A DNA stretch of 63,886 bases, filler included, from Sphacelaria rigidula (lineage: Eukaryota), in NCBI GenBank assembly GCA_964200075.2. It is 6 parts of 6 records of this genome, joined end to end, with 100 filler letters (N's around TTAATTAATTAA, not from the genome) between each part and the next. Parts side by side here need not be neighbours in the genome. Positions count along the whole stretch, not along the records: positions 21,332 to 31,896 come from CAXNAA020006267.1; positions 31,997 to 42,560 come from CAXNAA020006268.1; 4 more parts are not named here. One strand, given 5' to 3'. Below, one piece after another: positions 22,934-34,868 of the stretch (positions are counted from its first letter, which is position 1; each line of letters opens with the position of its first letter). The notes beneath the pieces were generated by a model. That model did not search any database, was not told the DNA's origin, and was given only the letters and a program-made list of their open reading frames with translations. The position numbers were made by a program, and so were the translations under genes.

Positions 22934-25775
22934 CACCATGTCAACAGATGCTTCACCGTCGTTGCCGCCGTACACGACTCCGCGGGCTCCAACCGCACGA
23001 AGTCGCCTGGTTGATCCATCCTTACCAATATGTACTTCAACCGATCTCCTTTGTCCAAGCCATTATCTCCCAACGGACCACCCTCGCCAACACTGAGAAA
23101 ATTGAAATAAAAAACCTTCACTGGGCGAGCACCATGCACCACCTCCTTGTGGTGATGGGAAACTTTCTCCCCCACCTTGTGTGCATTCATCCAGCGGAAA
23201 CAGGACTTTTCGGGCGTTGAAATCGACGCTCTCGCCGACTCTACCTGCAAACTGCAGTACACGAGCCCGAGCGCCACCAATGTTGCGATGCAGCGTGCCA
23301 ACCACGCCATCCTGACCGGAAAGTGCGCCCTCGGCCGAGCCTTTGCCTCCACAGCAGCATGTTTGAATTTCACCTTCCAGGGCTCGACGCGAGCAGGCGG
23401 ATAACCATGCAGCACTCGCCTAAAAATGCTCGCTCTCTTCCACACAGGCTCACGAATCTGGCTCACGTCGCTCTCAGATACGCCGTTATCCGCGGCGGTT
23501 TGTACTGCCTACTCCGGCGCAACATCAAGCTCAGCAAGCTCTTGTTCCGGGGATATGCTCATCGCCGGACTTCTCGACAACAACCGCTTGACTGAGGAAT
23601 AAACGGGCTCCGCCCGGCCTCCTGGTTGCTGTAAAGCGTCAACCGCGGTACTGACACGCCGACAATCCGTGAAATCAGGCGTTTTCACACCTCGCACCGA
23701 AGTGTTTCTTGCACGTGCACAGGCACCTAAGCTACTGTACACGTCAATGTCCAGCGCCTCCAGCGTAGGGCTCCCCATGATGATCACCTCATCTGTACCC
23801 GGCATGACTGCATATGAACATGGGTCCAGCACAACCGGTCCCCAGTCGGTGTGTAAAGCGGTTCGGACAGGGCAAGTTTTCTGCTTCACGCGCTCAACAT
23901 TGCCGTTAGCCAGTGTCACCAGCTGTTCATCAACCATCGGTGTGACCACTCGAACATCTGGAGCTTGTAATTTCACCGCTACACCTACTGACATGGTCGT
24001 AATTCCAGATCCCGAGTCTAAAATGGACTTGACCGGACAAACACCCTTTGCCCCTGCACTCGGGACAGATAAGTCGGCAAGACACCACCTTTCCTTGTGA
24101 TCTACTTGCAGACCCTCAGATTGAAAACCTGACATCTCACCCGCTTTGAGCGATCGCCATGCTGGCACCGCCGCAGACTTCGAACCCGGGACCGAGTGCG
24201 ATGAGATGGTCTGCTGCACGCCGCCAGTAGAAGCGACCGGTTCTGGTGGCAACGCCGCCCCACCGCTGGGAGCACTTTGTCCATCGGCTGAAAAGACAGC
24301 CCTCGTAGGGGCGGGACGCGTGCCCCCTCAGTGAGGCACCTGTCCAGGACCCTGCGACAGCTGCTGTTGTTGCTGCTGTGTATCGCCGGCCTTCGACTGC
24401 CCACCTGTAGTATGTTGTGAAGCAGCAACTTGGCTTTGCTGCTTATAATCCTTCACGAAGTCGCCCTTGTCTCCACATGAGAAACAATCTGCATAGCTTG
24501 GGCCTGGTGTGCGGATTTTCCCGGAACTGGTAGTCCCATTTCCACTGCTCGCCGTTTTTCCACCATGTGGTTGGCGCTTGCTTCCGGAAATCCCGTTGCC
24601 ACTCCTTTGTTTCAGCTGCGGCTGCTGACGGCGCTTCTTATCCGCCGCTTCCACCGTCCTCCATGCCTCCGCTGCTTCCCGAGCCGTGTTAAACACAAGC
24701 CCAGGGTCCTCCTTCCACCCCCCCTCCATGTTCAACATGTGAACGACTTTAGTTTTGAATTCGGGGGGGGTCAGTCCATTCAACATTTCCCGAGTTATGA
24801 TTTGAGCGGGTCCTGGTTTGAAATCTGCGTCATTGTGGAACGCACGCTCAGCGCTAGTATTCTCCGCAAAAAAAAACTCCAGGGTACCCCACTGCCCTTC
24901 TACTCTTCCCATTGCAGTTTGCTCGTTGCAGGCTGCCAACGCCTCCGCACACCAGCAGCAGCAACTGAAGGATCAACCTCTTCATCCTGCCAACATTTCG
25001 CGTGTCGGCCTAGTGCCTCCTTGAGATCATCTTCGTCAAGCACGGATCCGTCAAAAATCGCGCGTGACAAACATGCACGGATGTGCTTCGGCACCAGTTC
25101 AGTAACAGTCAGTAAGACGGCCTGCATGCTACGTCCTTTGTTGTTCATTTTGACCGCCTCTTCATACTCGACGTATTTCTGATAAAAAACGTCGGGACGC
25201 ATTTTCGCTAAAATGCCGTCCGTACTCAGGGGCTTTCAGCGATCCTGCAGGCATAAGCTCAGTAAACTTAAACTTCACCTCTTAGCCTGCATCGCCATCA
25301 CCCACTTTGTTGCGCGTTGCCATAGCTACACGCAACAGTTTCAGCCAACCTAGCCGTCTCTCCGTTGCCAGTGAGCTCCCTCACGTTACAGTGTGCACAC
25401 TACTGTGTTCAAATTTTAATATAATTTCTCCGCAGCTGTCCACAGCTGAAAAACCTCTTCCAGAACCCAGCGGGTTCCTCTTAGTAAACGTTTATTATAG
25501 AGCCCTCCTGGACTCAGAACAAGGTCACAAGATTGCTCCAAGGGCTTCCTCCCTCACTAGGGCCTGGAGACTTCAAGACAGTTGTCATTCATAAACACAC
25601 AGCCTTCATTATCGGAAGTAACCACATGCGTGAAGCATGTGATGTTCAAATCCACATAGTCTGCCGATCAGACCCGCAAGTCCGTCAACCAATAGAAAAA
25701 GTCTAAGGCAGATTGTTCCACTTGTAGATCATCATGAACCTGCTCGTACGTGTACTGGAGGTGACCTACTCTACA
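22928..25775 (-). mobile_element. Nested, inverted, internally deleted related Gypsy element
   Basis: gag (25323-24328; CFSCGDKGD), protease (ILDSGSG, 24252-23509), RT start (GYPPARVEP) fused directly to integrase core (FYFNFLSVGE...TWCK); putative 5' LTR ~25583-25775. Confidence 0.85.
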
Positions 25776-25777
25776 CG

Positions 25778-28700
25778 GTGCAGATGCTGGAGGTGCTGGA
25801 GCGAGAACTTCCGGGTGTATCGCTGCGCATCCCGTTTTCGGTCGGGGCGCGGCAGGCAGTCACCGCGTTAGGTCAGCATGTTTAAGTCACAGAGCGTACT
25901 GTTCCGTTGCAGCTAGCCTTCAAGACTGCTTGGGGGCTGGCGCCGTTGCCTCCGATCTCGTTTGCGATTATGCCAGGGTCGGATGGCGTTGTTCTTCTGG
26001 GGCTGCCGACGCTGCAGGATCTAGGAGTCGACCCGTATGAGCGGTTGGAGGACTCCATCAATACGCGGCTGTCTCCCGCTGGTTCGCACGTGGAGACGCC
26101 CGTCTTTTTGGGCAGTCGTCGCGTGAGCTTGTCGGTGGATGCTTTTCAGGAGGCTGGGGGGCAAGTGACTGGGAAGCGGGATGCGGTGGTGGAACGCTTA
26201 GTAGAGCGCGGCCCGGATATGTTCATGGACCCGGCGGAAGAGGAGCCCGCTCGGACGGTCGCGCTGGAGGAGAGCGTGACGGATGTTGTGGCGAAAGGCC
26301 TCAGCGTCCCCAATGCGGAACGCCTGCGCGGCATCTTGCATCGCCACGTCAATGCGTTTCGTTGTGCGCTGCGGGGTGATCCCCCTGCGCGCGTGGAACC
26401 CAAGCGAGTTCAGCTGAACCCTGGGGCATCCGCGGTGAAGGCGAAGCCGCGACGGTTGGCGTCGTGCATGGCGGCTCTTTTGGCGCTTGGGTTGGTAGTC
26501 CGAAACCTGCAGACGGTATGGCCCAGTCCGGCGATGGAGCTTCCCAAGAACGACTCGTTTAGCCTGGTAAGCGACTACAAGGCCGTAAATGATCAGGTTG
26601 AGAAGTCGTCCGGTGTGATGCCCAATCAAGAATCGGACATGCGTGGTCTCTTGAGTGCTCGTTTGTTTGGCAAGTTGGACCTCCTCCAAGGTTATCAGCA
26701 GATGCCGTTGGCGGAGGAGGCGCAGGAGATTTTCCCAATCACGACCGCGTTAGGCTTGTTTACCCCGAAGCGAGTACCGCAAGGCGTATCGAATGCCACG
26801 GCATATTTTCAAGGTATCATGACAGAACTGCTTGTCGGCTTGAAATGCAAGATATGTGTGGATGATGTGTGTTTTTTTGCGGATACGGGAGACGAACGTT
26901 TAGACACGCTTAATGCTATCTTGGCCCGTTTAGAGAATGTTGGTTTGTTTGCGGCGGCGCACAAATGCACTTTCTTCGCTAGTGAACTCGTATGGTGTGG
27001 GGAAGTGTACTCACACGGACGCGTATCTCATGACCCTGCCAGATTGCAAGGCTTGTTTGACATGCGGCGCCCGTAGACGGCCGCAGAACTCATGCAATTC
27101 CTGCAGGCTGGGAATTGGCTGCGTACCTCCTTGCCGCGTATTTCAGAAACCGTAGCTCCCTTGCGTTCTTTCCTCGAAGAACTCATGGCGGGTGCTACGA
27201 GGCGGACGAAGCGTGTCGCAAAAAAACGCGCTATTCCGCCTGCATCGTGGACGGAGGGTAGGTTGCAGGCGTGGGCGGCAGCGGAGGGTCTGGTGGCTCA
27301 CGCCGTGACGCTGCTCCATCCTCGTCTTGATCGTCAGGTGCTAATGTTTCCGGATGCATCTGAGTGTCATTGGGGTAGTTTCGTTACGCAGGTATCTAAA
27401 GCGGAAATGCTAAGACGCCTACCAGTTGAGGACATGGCGCATGAACCGCTGGCTTTCCTCCGTGGTAGTTTTCAGGGTTCGCAGTTGCGTTGTACCACAA
27501 TTGATAAGGAAGGTTATGCTATCGTAAGCACTTTCCGTCCTTTGGAGCATCTTTTGTGGGATGGCGTGTACATTTTCACTGATCACTGAGATCCCGTGTA
27601 TGTTTTCAACCCGGAAGCGTGCGTTACGTCTGTGTCGAACGCATTCGCACAACATTTGGAGTGTTGGAAAGCTGTTCTTGGCCAGTACCGTCACTCGATT
27701 TGCTATATTTCGGGTGACCGTAACGCGTGGGGTGACCTGCTTTCACGTTATTGGCTGAATATTCCGGCTTTGCCTGCGCGCGCTGTGGCTGTGTATAGTC
27801 CGTGTGAACCTGATGATTCGATGCCGTCCAAATCTGTTGTCAGCCAAGCGCAACGAAAGACCTTGGGGCCGAAGATGCGGATGTGTAATGTTTCGAGTCG
27901 GACGTTGGTACTGCTATCTTGGACAATAGAGGTCTGTTTCGTGTGCATGTGCGTGGCCGAAACGTTTTGTGGATTCCGAGTTCTGACCAGCAGTTGTAGG
28001 TACGTCTGATGATTTGCGCGCACATGCGCGACTCCGGGTATCGTGGTGTGGCTGCGACGCTCGTGGACTTGCAAGAGCTTTGTGTCTGGCAGGGGATAGA
28101 AACTCATGTGCGCGAATTTGTCCGCCAGTGTCTTCACTGTGCTGACTCGAGGGCGGGCCGCCCGCTCGGCGAAACGGTCCATCAGACCACGCCGAATGAA
28201 GTGGTTCATTTTGACTTCTTGTATGTGGGCGAGAGTGTCCCGCTAGCTTCCCAAAGTTTGTCGGAGGATCCTAGGTTTCGATATATTTTGGTAATCATGG
28301 ATGAATTGTGGCTCTGGAATCAGTAGCAGTGTGTACTGCTGAATCGACCGCTGCATCTTTGCTGAATCGGTGTAAAACTTTGGGGTGCCCCGTGTGTGGG
28401 TGAGTGATACCGCCACGCATTTCAAGAATGCGATCTTGGCCCGATTGCGGGAGGCTTTGCGCATCGATCACCAGTTTGCGGCAGCGTACTCTTCATGGCC
28501 TAACGGTACGTGCGAACGCATGGTCAAGAAAGTAGTTCGTGCTCTTCGCTCTATTCTTCTCGAGCAGCATAAAACGGTTTCTGAGTGGGTGGACGTGTTG
28601 CCGGCGATACAATGGGCGCTTAATACAGCGTATTGTCGTCGTTACGATAGTACGCCGTACCACGTGATGTTAGGTCGTGCTCCTCGGACGTATTTCTCGG

Positions 28701-29599
28701 TGCTGGGGTCTTCGTCGGCGGGGGAATGGAAGTGGGATGTTTTGGACGATGTTAAAATAAAGAGTGCAGTACAAGGAGTGTTGGACTTGCAAGAACGTTT
28801 CCAAGTTCAAGTGCAGGAGCGTGTTGCCGCTGATCGTGCGCGTAGACGTGGGACACTTTCTACGATAGCCCCCCCCCCCCAAACCAGCTAAGAGTGTCAC
28901 GAAAACGATGGCCAAACAGCGCCTGATGTTCGGGTTCAGACTGTATGAAGCGCCTCATATTGGCGACATTGGCTAGAACGACCCTAAGTGTGGGAATCCC
29001 CAGCTTCTCGCACTGCTCGGCTTTTCCCGATTCGATTTAGGTCAAGATTTTGCCTGCCAAAATCATACACCTTTTGGGGGGGGCTATCGTGGAAAGTGTC
29101 GTGAGGGGTCGTCGTCGGGGCTGGAATTGCCGAATTTTGAGGTAGGCGATCATGTCTTGTATGCACGCGTGCGTCGTCCGGGTGTTACGCCCAAATTGAT
29201 GGCGACGTGGACTGATCCATGGAGAGTGGTTGGTGCTCACCGCCCACACGTGTTTGAGATTCAGAACATTTTTTCCGGTCAACCGCCCATGTAGCTCGTT
29301 TGCGTTTTTATGCAGACGCCCAGCTCAATGTTACGGCTGACGTTAAGGACGTGTTCCAGCATGCTTTCAATAAGGAGCAATTTCAGATGGCTGGTATTGT
29401 CCGAGTGGCAGAAGCAGATGATCGTTCGTTGATCGTGTTGGTCGACTGGGTTGGTTTCGAAGTTGAGGAGCGTACGTGGGAGCCTTTCAAGGATATTTTT
29501 GAGGCCACTCCGGAATTTCTTACGAAGGAGTTGCGTAAATTGCGCGTGACTCGTGCCGTTGCTGCTCGTATTACAAGTGAGTTTGGTGTTCAATTGTGA
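25778..29599 (+). pseudogene. pol: Pol of the host Gypsy element (protease C-term, RT, RNase H, integrase, chromodomain)
   Basis: KLDLLQGY, RVPQG, CVDDV (RT); FPDAS, DKEGYAIV, FTDH (RNase H); H..C-C, VHFDF, SDTATHF, NGTCER (IN); VDWVGFEVEERTWEP (chromodomain); several stops and frameshifts. Confidence 0.92.
28851..29100. mobile_element. ~250-bp MITE inserted in the integrase C-terminus
   Basis: TIR gacactttctacgatagccccccc / gggggggctatcgtggaaagtgtc; (c)gtg duplicated; removal restores RARRREGSSSGLELPNFEVGD. Confidence 0.85.
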
Positions 29600-29663
29600 C
29601 TTACTCATCGTTTTGGCGTTCAAGCTTGTTGATCGATTTTCGTCCAACGCGCTTTGGGGGTGC

Positions 29664-29916
29664 TGTGGCGAAAATACGCCGTACGTTGAGTTGATAGTGA
29701 TGATATGGGTAATGACTGAGGTAACCGAGATTCTGCAGGGTTCTGGATGATGACCGGGGACACGGATATGGTATCTGCAGGTCTAGCTGGTGTCCTGGAA
29801 GGACACTCCTCAATAATGAGATGTTGTAAAGGCTTACACCTGAAACTGAGGCCATCGAGACTGGGGAGTCCCTCAACAGCAGTGATCCAACAGTGCTTCC
29901 ACTGGCTGGTGTCACA
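29664..29916 (+). repeat. 3' LTR
   Basis: TGTGGCG...TGTCACA; preceded by a short G-rich tract. Confidence 0.93.
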
Positions 29917-30199
29917 GTCCCCGTTAGCGCGGTTCGAGTAAACTGGTCGCTCTCAATTGGATCTTCAACTCTCAATTTTACGAAAACATTGTTAGAAGTA
30001 GACTGTAATTCAACACAAAAGAGGTACTGTCCGTGAAAAAAATACGAATGCAACGGTACTACCGTACATGGTTTGTAGTTCGTTATACCGCAACAGGACC
30101 GTCTATCTTTGTTGCAGCGACGTCATTCAGACGCAATGAATATAGACTGTATCGTCTAGATTTTTGCAGCATGCACGAAAGACGTGGTTTTACAAATCA

Positions 30200-30848
30200 G
30201 GGATAGTTTTTTCATTAGGAGTGAGAACCCGAAGAATAAAATCTTCGTGTCCACATCAAACCTTCCAAATATGGTCCCATTTCTTCACTTGCCGGTAGCT
30301 ATTGACAAGTTCTACACGCAATAACAAATTTGGATGTCGATAACCGAAATGTTAGGGTCCTAGGTGAAAAAACAATTTTGGGGAATTTCGGTGACCCGGT
30401 CGGACGCAAAATTGCTTTTTCACCTATGACCCTAACATTTCGGTTATCGAAATTCGAGTGATGCTGCTATAGGGTCTACGCTTTTGCGGCCTGAGAGGAA
30501 AAAATCGGGATTTAGGCATGTCGAATCACCTTTGACTCTCACCACAGTTCCTAGAGCCTCAGGGTGGAACATACATACATCCATGACCCATGAGATAATT
30601 CCAGTCTGAGATTCGGGCGGAGGTCACAATGTTCTCGATGGAACTTACTCTCGTGGCTCTCAGGCCGGTTTTGGTCCCAAAAGTGCAGACCCTATCGCAG
30701 CATCACTCATCCAAATTTGTATGACGTGTAGTAATTGTCAATAACTACCAGCAAGTGAATAAATCGAACCATATTCCGAAGATTTGGTCTGGATACGAAA
30801 ATTTCAACTCTCCGGGTTCTCATCATCTCCAAAACAAATCCATCCCCA
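30200..30848. mobile_element. Palindromic MITE family B copy interrupted by another MITE
   Basis: Homologous to 45918-46357; arms are reverse complements. Confidence 0.75.
30456..30708. mobile_element. Nested 253-bp MITE
   Basis: TIR gagtgatgctgctatagggtct / agaccctatcgcagcatcactc. Confidence 0.75.
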
Positions 30849-30869
30849 ATTAATTTGTAAAATCACGTG

Positions 30870-31400
30870 TTTCGAGGTGATCAACTCCGAACATATTGAG
30901 ACGACTATCCGCAAGCGTCAACTCTGGTTCGTGGGGGGGGGTTGTCCCGCAGGACGAAGCATGCCCTGATGATGAGAATGTCGTAAAAGCTGAGAGCTGA
31001 AACTGAGGCCAGTAAGACTGGGGAGTCCCTCAACAGCAGTGATCCACCAGTTCATCTGGCTAGCGTCATAGGGCTCTCCCACGCAAAGGATCACGACGAA
31101 AGTGGTTCGCCTACGGTGGGAATGTTGAATGTTCATAACGCACGCTGTTGGCTGCGGCGAATATTATGGGCAAATGGCATCTTGGAGTCGAGAAAGGGGC
31201 AGAAGAGTCCGAGGACACGTGGCGACGCGAATACAAGAGAGAATCGGACCGCAGCCGCAAACGAGAAGCTGCTGAGTCGAGAGCCACCGATCCGAGAACT
31301 TCCCCTCGCTAGCACAACAACAGCAACAGCTCGCAAGGGATCCAAGACGGAAACGACCGAAATGGATTGAGCTGAGTAGGGATGAAGGCGAGAAACTGGA
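30870..31400 (+). mobile_element. RTE-like LINE 3' fragment
   Basis: Aligns with 52768-53200 (EHIETTIRKRQLWF vs ERIKTTIRNCQLCF; cgacgaaagtggttcg). Confidence 0.75.
30963..31070 (+). repeat. Partial LTR of the Gypsy family (3' half) within the LINE fragment
   Basis: ctgaaactgaggccagtaagactggggagtccctcaacagcagtgatcca matches both LTRs. Confidence 0.8.
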
Positions 31401-31440
31401 CCAACACGGGAACTATACTGTGAACACGGCATTTTGCAAT

Positions 31441-31896
31441 TGGGGATAAACTTTTCATTGGGGATGAGAAATCGGAATCATTAAAACCTTCGTATCCACA
31501 CCAAATCTTCGAAATATGGTCCCATTTCTTCACTTCCTGGGAGCTTTTGGCAGCTACTACACGCCATACAAATGTTGGGGTCCTTTTCTAGGTAAAAAAC
31601 TAATTTGGGGAGAATTTCGGCAGTCTGATCGGATTATCTCAATTCCCCCAAAACAATTTCTTCACGTAGGGCCCGAACATGTCGGTTATTAGGCTCCAAA
31701 TTTTAATGGCGTATAGAAGTTGTCAATAGCTGTCAGTAACTGAAGGAGTGGAATTGTATTCCGAAGATTTTGTGTGGATACAAAGATTTTAACACTCCAG
31801 GTTCTCAGCCTCAAGAACAAATATATCCTCAAAAAAACAGCCGATCATCTATGTTGAGGATGGTGCTTTTCATTGAGGATGAGAACCCGGAGGATT
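31441..31896. mobile_element. Family B MITE copy plus the start of another copy (31838, cut by the contig end)
   Basis: Homologous to 45918-46357; cagccgatcat terminus at 31838. Confidence 0.75.
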
Positions 31897-31996
31897 NNNN
31901 NNNNNNNNNNNNNNNNNNNNNNNNNNNNNNNNNNNNNNNNTTAATTAATTAANNNNNNNNNNNNNNNNNNNNNNNNNNNNNNNNNNNNNNNNNNNN
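31897..31996. other. Artificial contig linker
   Basis: Same cassette. Confidence 0.98.
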
Positions 31997-34208
31997 ATCC
32001 TGTTGCAAGCTCTCTACCGCAACCCATACTGCTTGCTACATCAGATGCACACCACCTAATGCGCACCCTGCACCTGAAAAAAGATTGGATGCAACTTTCG
32101 GTCTTGGCCATAACCCTGCGGTTACATACGCGGATTTTCAGCAGCACGCCACTGTTTGGTGCAGACGCCAGGCACGTCACTCCTAACCAGTCTTGTTCGT
32201 CGTTCTGGAGGCCCTGTCCCAAAAGGGCTAAGGGAATACAAAATAGCTCGGAAATCGCACGAGATAAAAGACAGCGGTGATTCGGTTTGGCTCAAGTGTG
32301 ATTTTTCTGGCGTCAAAATTTCACCTCGGAATTCGAAACATTGAGCCGCGCGTGGCCTGTGGCCTGTGGCGACGAAAGCTTGGCCCGCCCAGCTCGTATC
32401 ACTGGCCCACTGAAGTAACGTGATGTTGACTGACCTGGACACTTCATTTCACTTTTTTTTAAAATAACTGAAACATTTCCGCGCGGTATTTGTTTAAATG
32501 GTGATGAGGAATCACAGGAAGGTCAGCGGAATTCACGCAGCAACTGTTTGAAGGAGAATGGGAGAATGTCATTGGCTTTGTAATAGTTCGGATTCTTATG
32601 GTAATTTTGCATGGTCACGACAAGGTACCATTTGCCATTCACCGCTTACCGTGGTTTTGCGGTACATCGCGGGTGGGATAAATACCGAAGTGAGCCTTGA
32701 AACGTGTAGCCATTCGGAACGATTCAACTCCTCTTTTGGACTTCATGTATCTCGAGATGAGAATCGTTAAATCGAACTTGGACCAGGATTACTACCTTGG
32801 TATTGTGAAAGTTTCGAATCATATTTCGCGAGAGCAATGGGGGTAACGGAGAATAATGAAAAACATGGAGTAGCAGTACAAGTATGTTACAAATTTGACT
32901 GTTTCCTACTGATTTTTACAGATGACGATCTGAAAAGTCCACGATCACGCGAAAACCCGAAGTACAAATAATTTGACACGTACACATTTTTTTGCGTCTA
33001 AAATCAAGATACTCGGATAGTCGGTCATTCAGGAACGACTTTATTACGACGAAATGCCAATTTTTCTTGAGTTGTGAGTCGAAAATCGTAATTGAGTCAT
33101 AGTGATGACCTTGATCTACTGAATTGTATGTATGTTTCTTGTCTGGGGAGAGTCTCATTTTTCGTCCCCGAAAATATGAAGACGTGCGTAGAAAATTGAG
33201 AACAAATGTACGAACGTCGACGCGGTGCAGGGGTGCTAATCCAATCCGAGGCACCAAAATTGTAGGCACATCTCGGGGGAGAGATGGGTTGAGCCCTTGA
33301 GACCACAGACTAGTCCCGATCAAGGGCATGACTTGAGAATGCGTCGGAAATGAAAAAGCATCCAGAGGCGAAATCAATGAGCTGTGGTTTTCCATTGGTC
33401 TTCTCTGTGTCGGGACCAGGTGTTGTACTAGGAACCAAATTTCATCCCGAGCTCTTAGGGTCAAGAGCTAGTAGTTTTCAAAGACGCTCATGGTCAGGTA
33501 CCATACCGGGAGGTGACCTGGATACCCGGTGTATTGCGGTACTGAGTTCTTCAGTGTACACCGGGTATCGGCCGTCGAAACTATCGCCAGAGTAGTACAG
33601 GATACACAAGTTAACGACCGCCGAAAATATTTGGTACTACACGGTACGCCGGGCACTGACTGCTGAGAACACCCGCGCATTCCTTTATGCCCAGGATATC
33701 GACCACGGAAATACCCGCGTCCCTCAAGGTTCTTAGGACAAACACCCCCCAAATAGCCCCACATGCAGCCGTGTCTTGACTCACTCTGGCTACCTTTGAT
33801 TGGCGTGTATGTGCAGCTCTGCCGAGTGTTAAGTTTTACTTCACTTCGAGTTTGAACGAGCTACGAACTCATGAGTCAACGGTCTTCCTGCGCGTCATGG
33901 TGATTGTTGAGATGTCGCTTTCGATCGAAATCGATCCCAGTTCCGCTGTAGGACAGCATGTACGCTCGTTCTTCATGTTATTCCCAGTATTTGTTGTTTC
34001 GCAACAAGCGAAAATTCAAGGTTTTCAGCGATTGGCAGCCTCAATTGGTGATCTACTTCTTTCCGTCTATTATTTCGTATTTTCGAGCACACGATTTAGG
34101 CAGCATCGAACCATGGCTGTAAGCGAACCACAGTCTTCCCCAGGAGGGGTTTTGATCTCCGATCAACTACGCGCAAGTGAAGGGCTTACCGGTCACGCAT
34201 GGTCTCGG

Positions 34209-34868
34209 CCTGGTCAGGCCCTGTATCCGTTTTTCAGATTTTGCTCTGGATCGAGCTTATGTCAGTATTATGTTGTAGGTTCGTAGCGTAATGTTAAATT
34301 TTCCATGGTGATATTTTGGCTGTACTTCTTGTTTTGTACTTTCCCAAATTTCGTAGCGGTAAAGGTGGGGCAGGGTTTTCCAGAGAGGGTCCACGTCGTG
34401 ATGGGACCAGCAGGCGAAACACCGATGTCGTGACTGGTGTAAACCAGGTCCGGCAGCGCGGGGGTGGTGTACCCATGCCAAAGTCAAAGGTCATATGACT
34501 AAGGCATAGGACACCCCCCCTCCTGCTGCCGCACCTGGTTCACACTAGTCACGACATCCGTGTTCCGCCTGCCGGTCCCGTCACAACGTGGACCCTCTCC
34601 GGATATCCCTGCCCCACCTTTACCGCCCGGGCTGGGCAGGCCCTGTAGTTCGTTTTTCAGGTTTCGCTGTGGACCGAGCTCACGTGAGTATTATGTTGCC
34701 GATTTGTGGCGTAATGTTGTAATTCTCATGATGCTACTCTGGCTGTACTCCTTGTTTTGCACTTCCCCGAATTTTGCAGCGGTAGAGGTGGAGCAGGGTT
34801 TACGGGTCAAGGGACCGGCAGGCAGCACATGGATGTCGGGGCCATCAACCAGGTGCGGCAGCGGGGGA
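34209..34868. repeat. Complex A-B-B'-A-B repeat
   Basis: 34209-34465 is duplicated at 34631-34868; 34504-34627 is the reverse complement of 34356-34479. Confidence 0.8.

Larger units (their letters stand above)
21618..29916 (+). mobile_element. Ty3/Gypsy chromodomain-bearing LTR retrotransposon, decayed, with nested insertions
   Basis: Two 253-bp TG..CA LTRs; gag-PR-RT-RH-IN-chromodomain order; flanks gttc/gtcc may be a decayed TSD. Confidence 0.93.

Noticed and set aside
22369..23466. 365-aa minus-strand ORF as a novel protein
   Set aside because: Chimera of RT start, integrase piece and antisense read-through of the host gag
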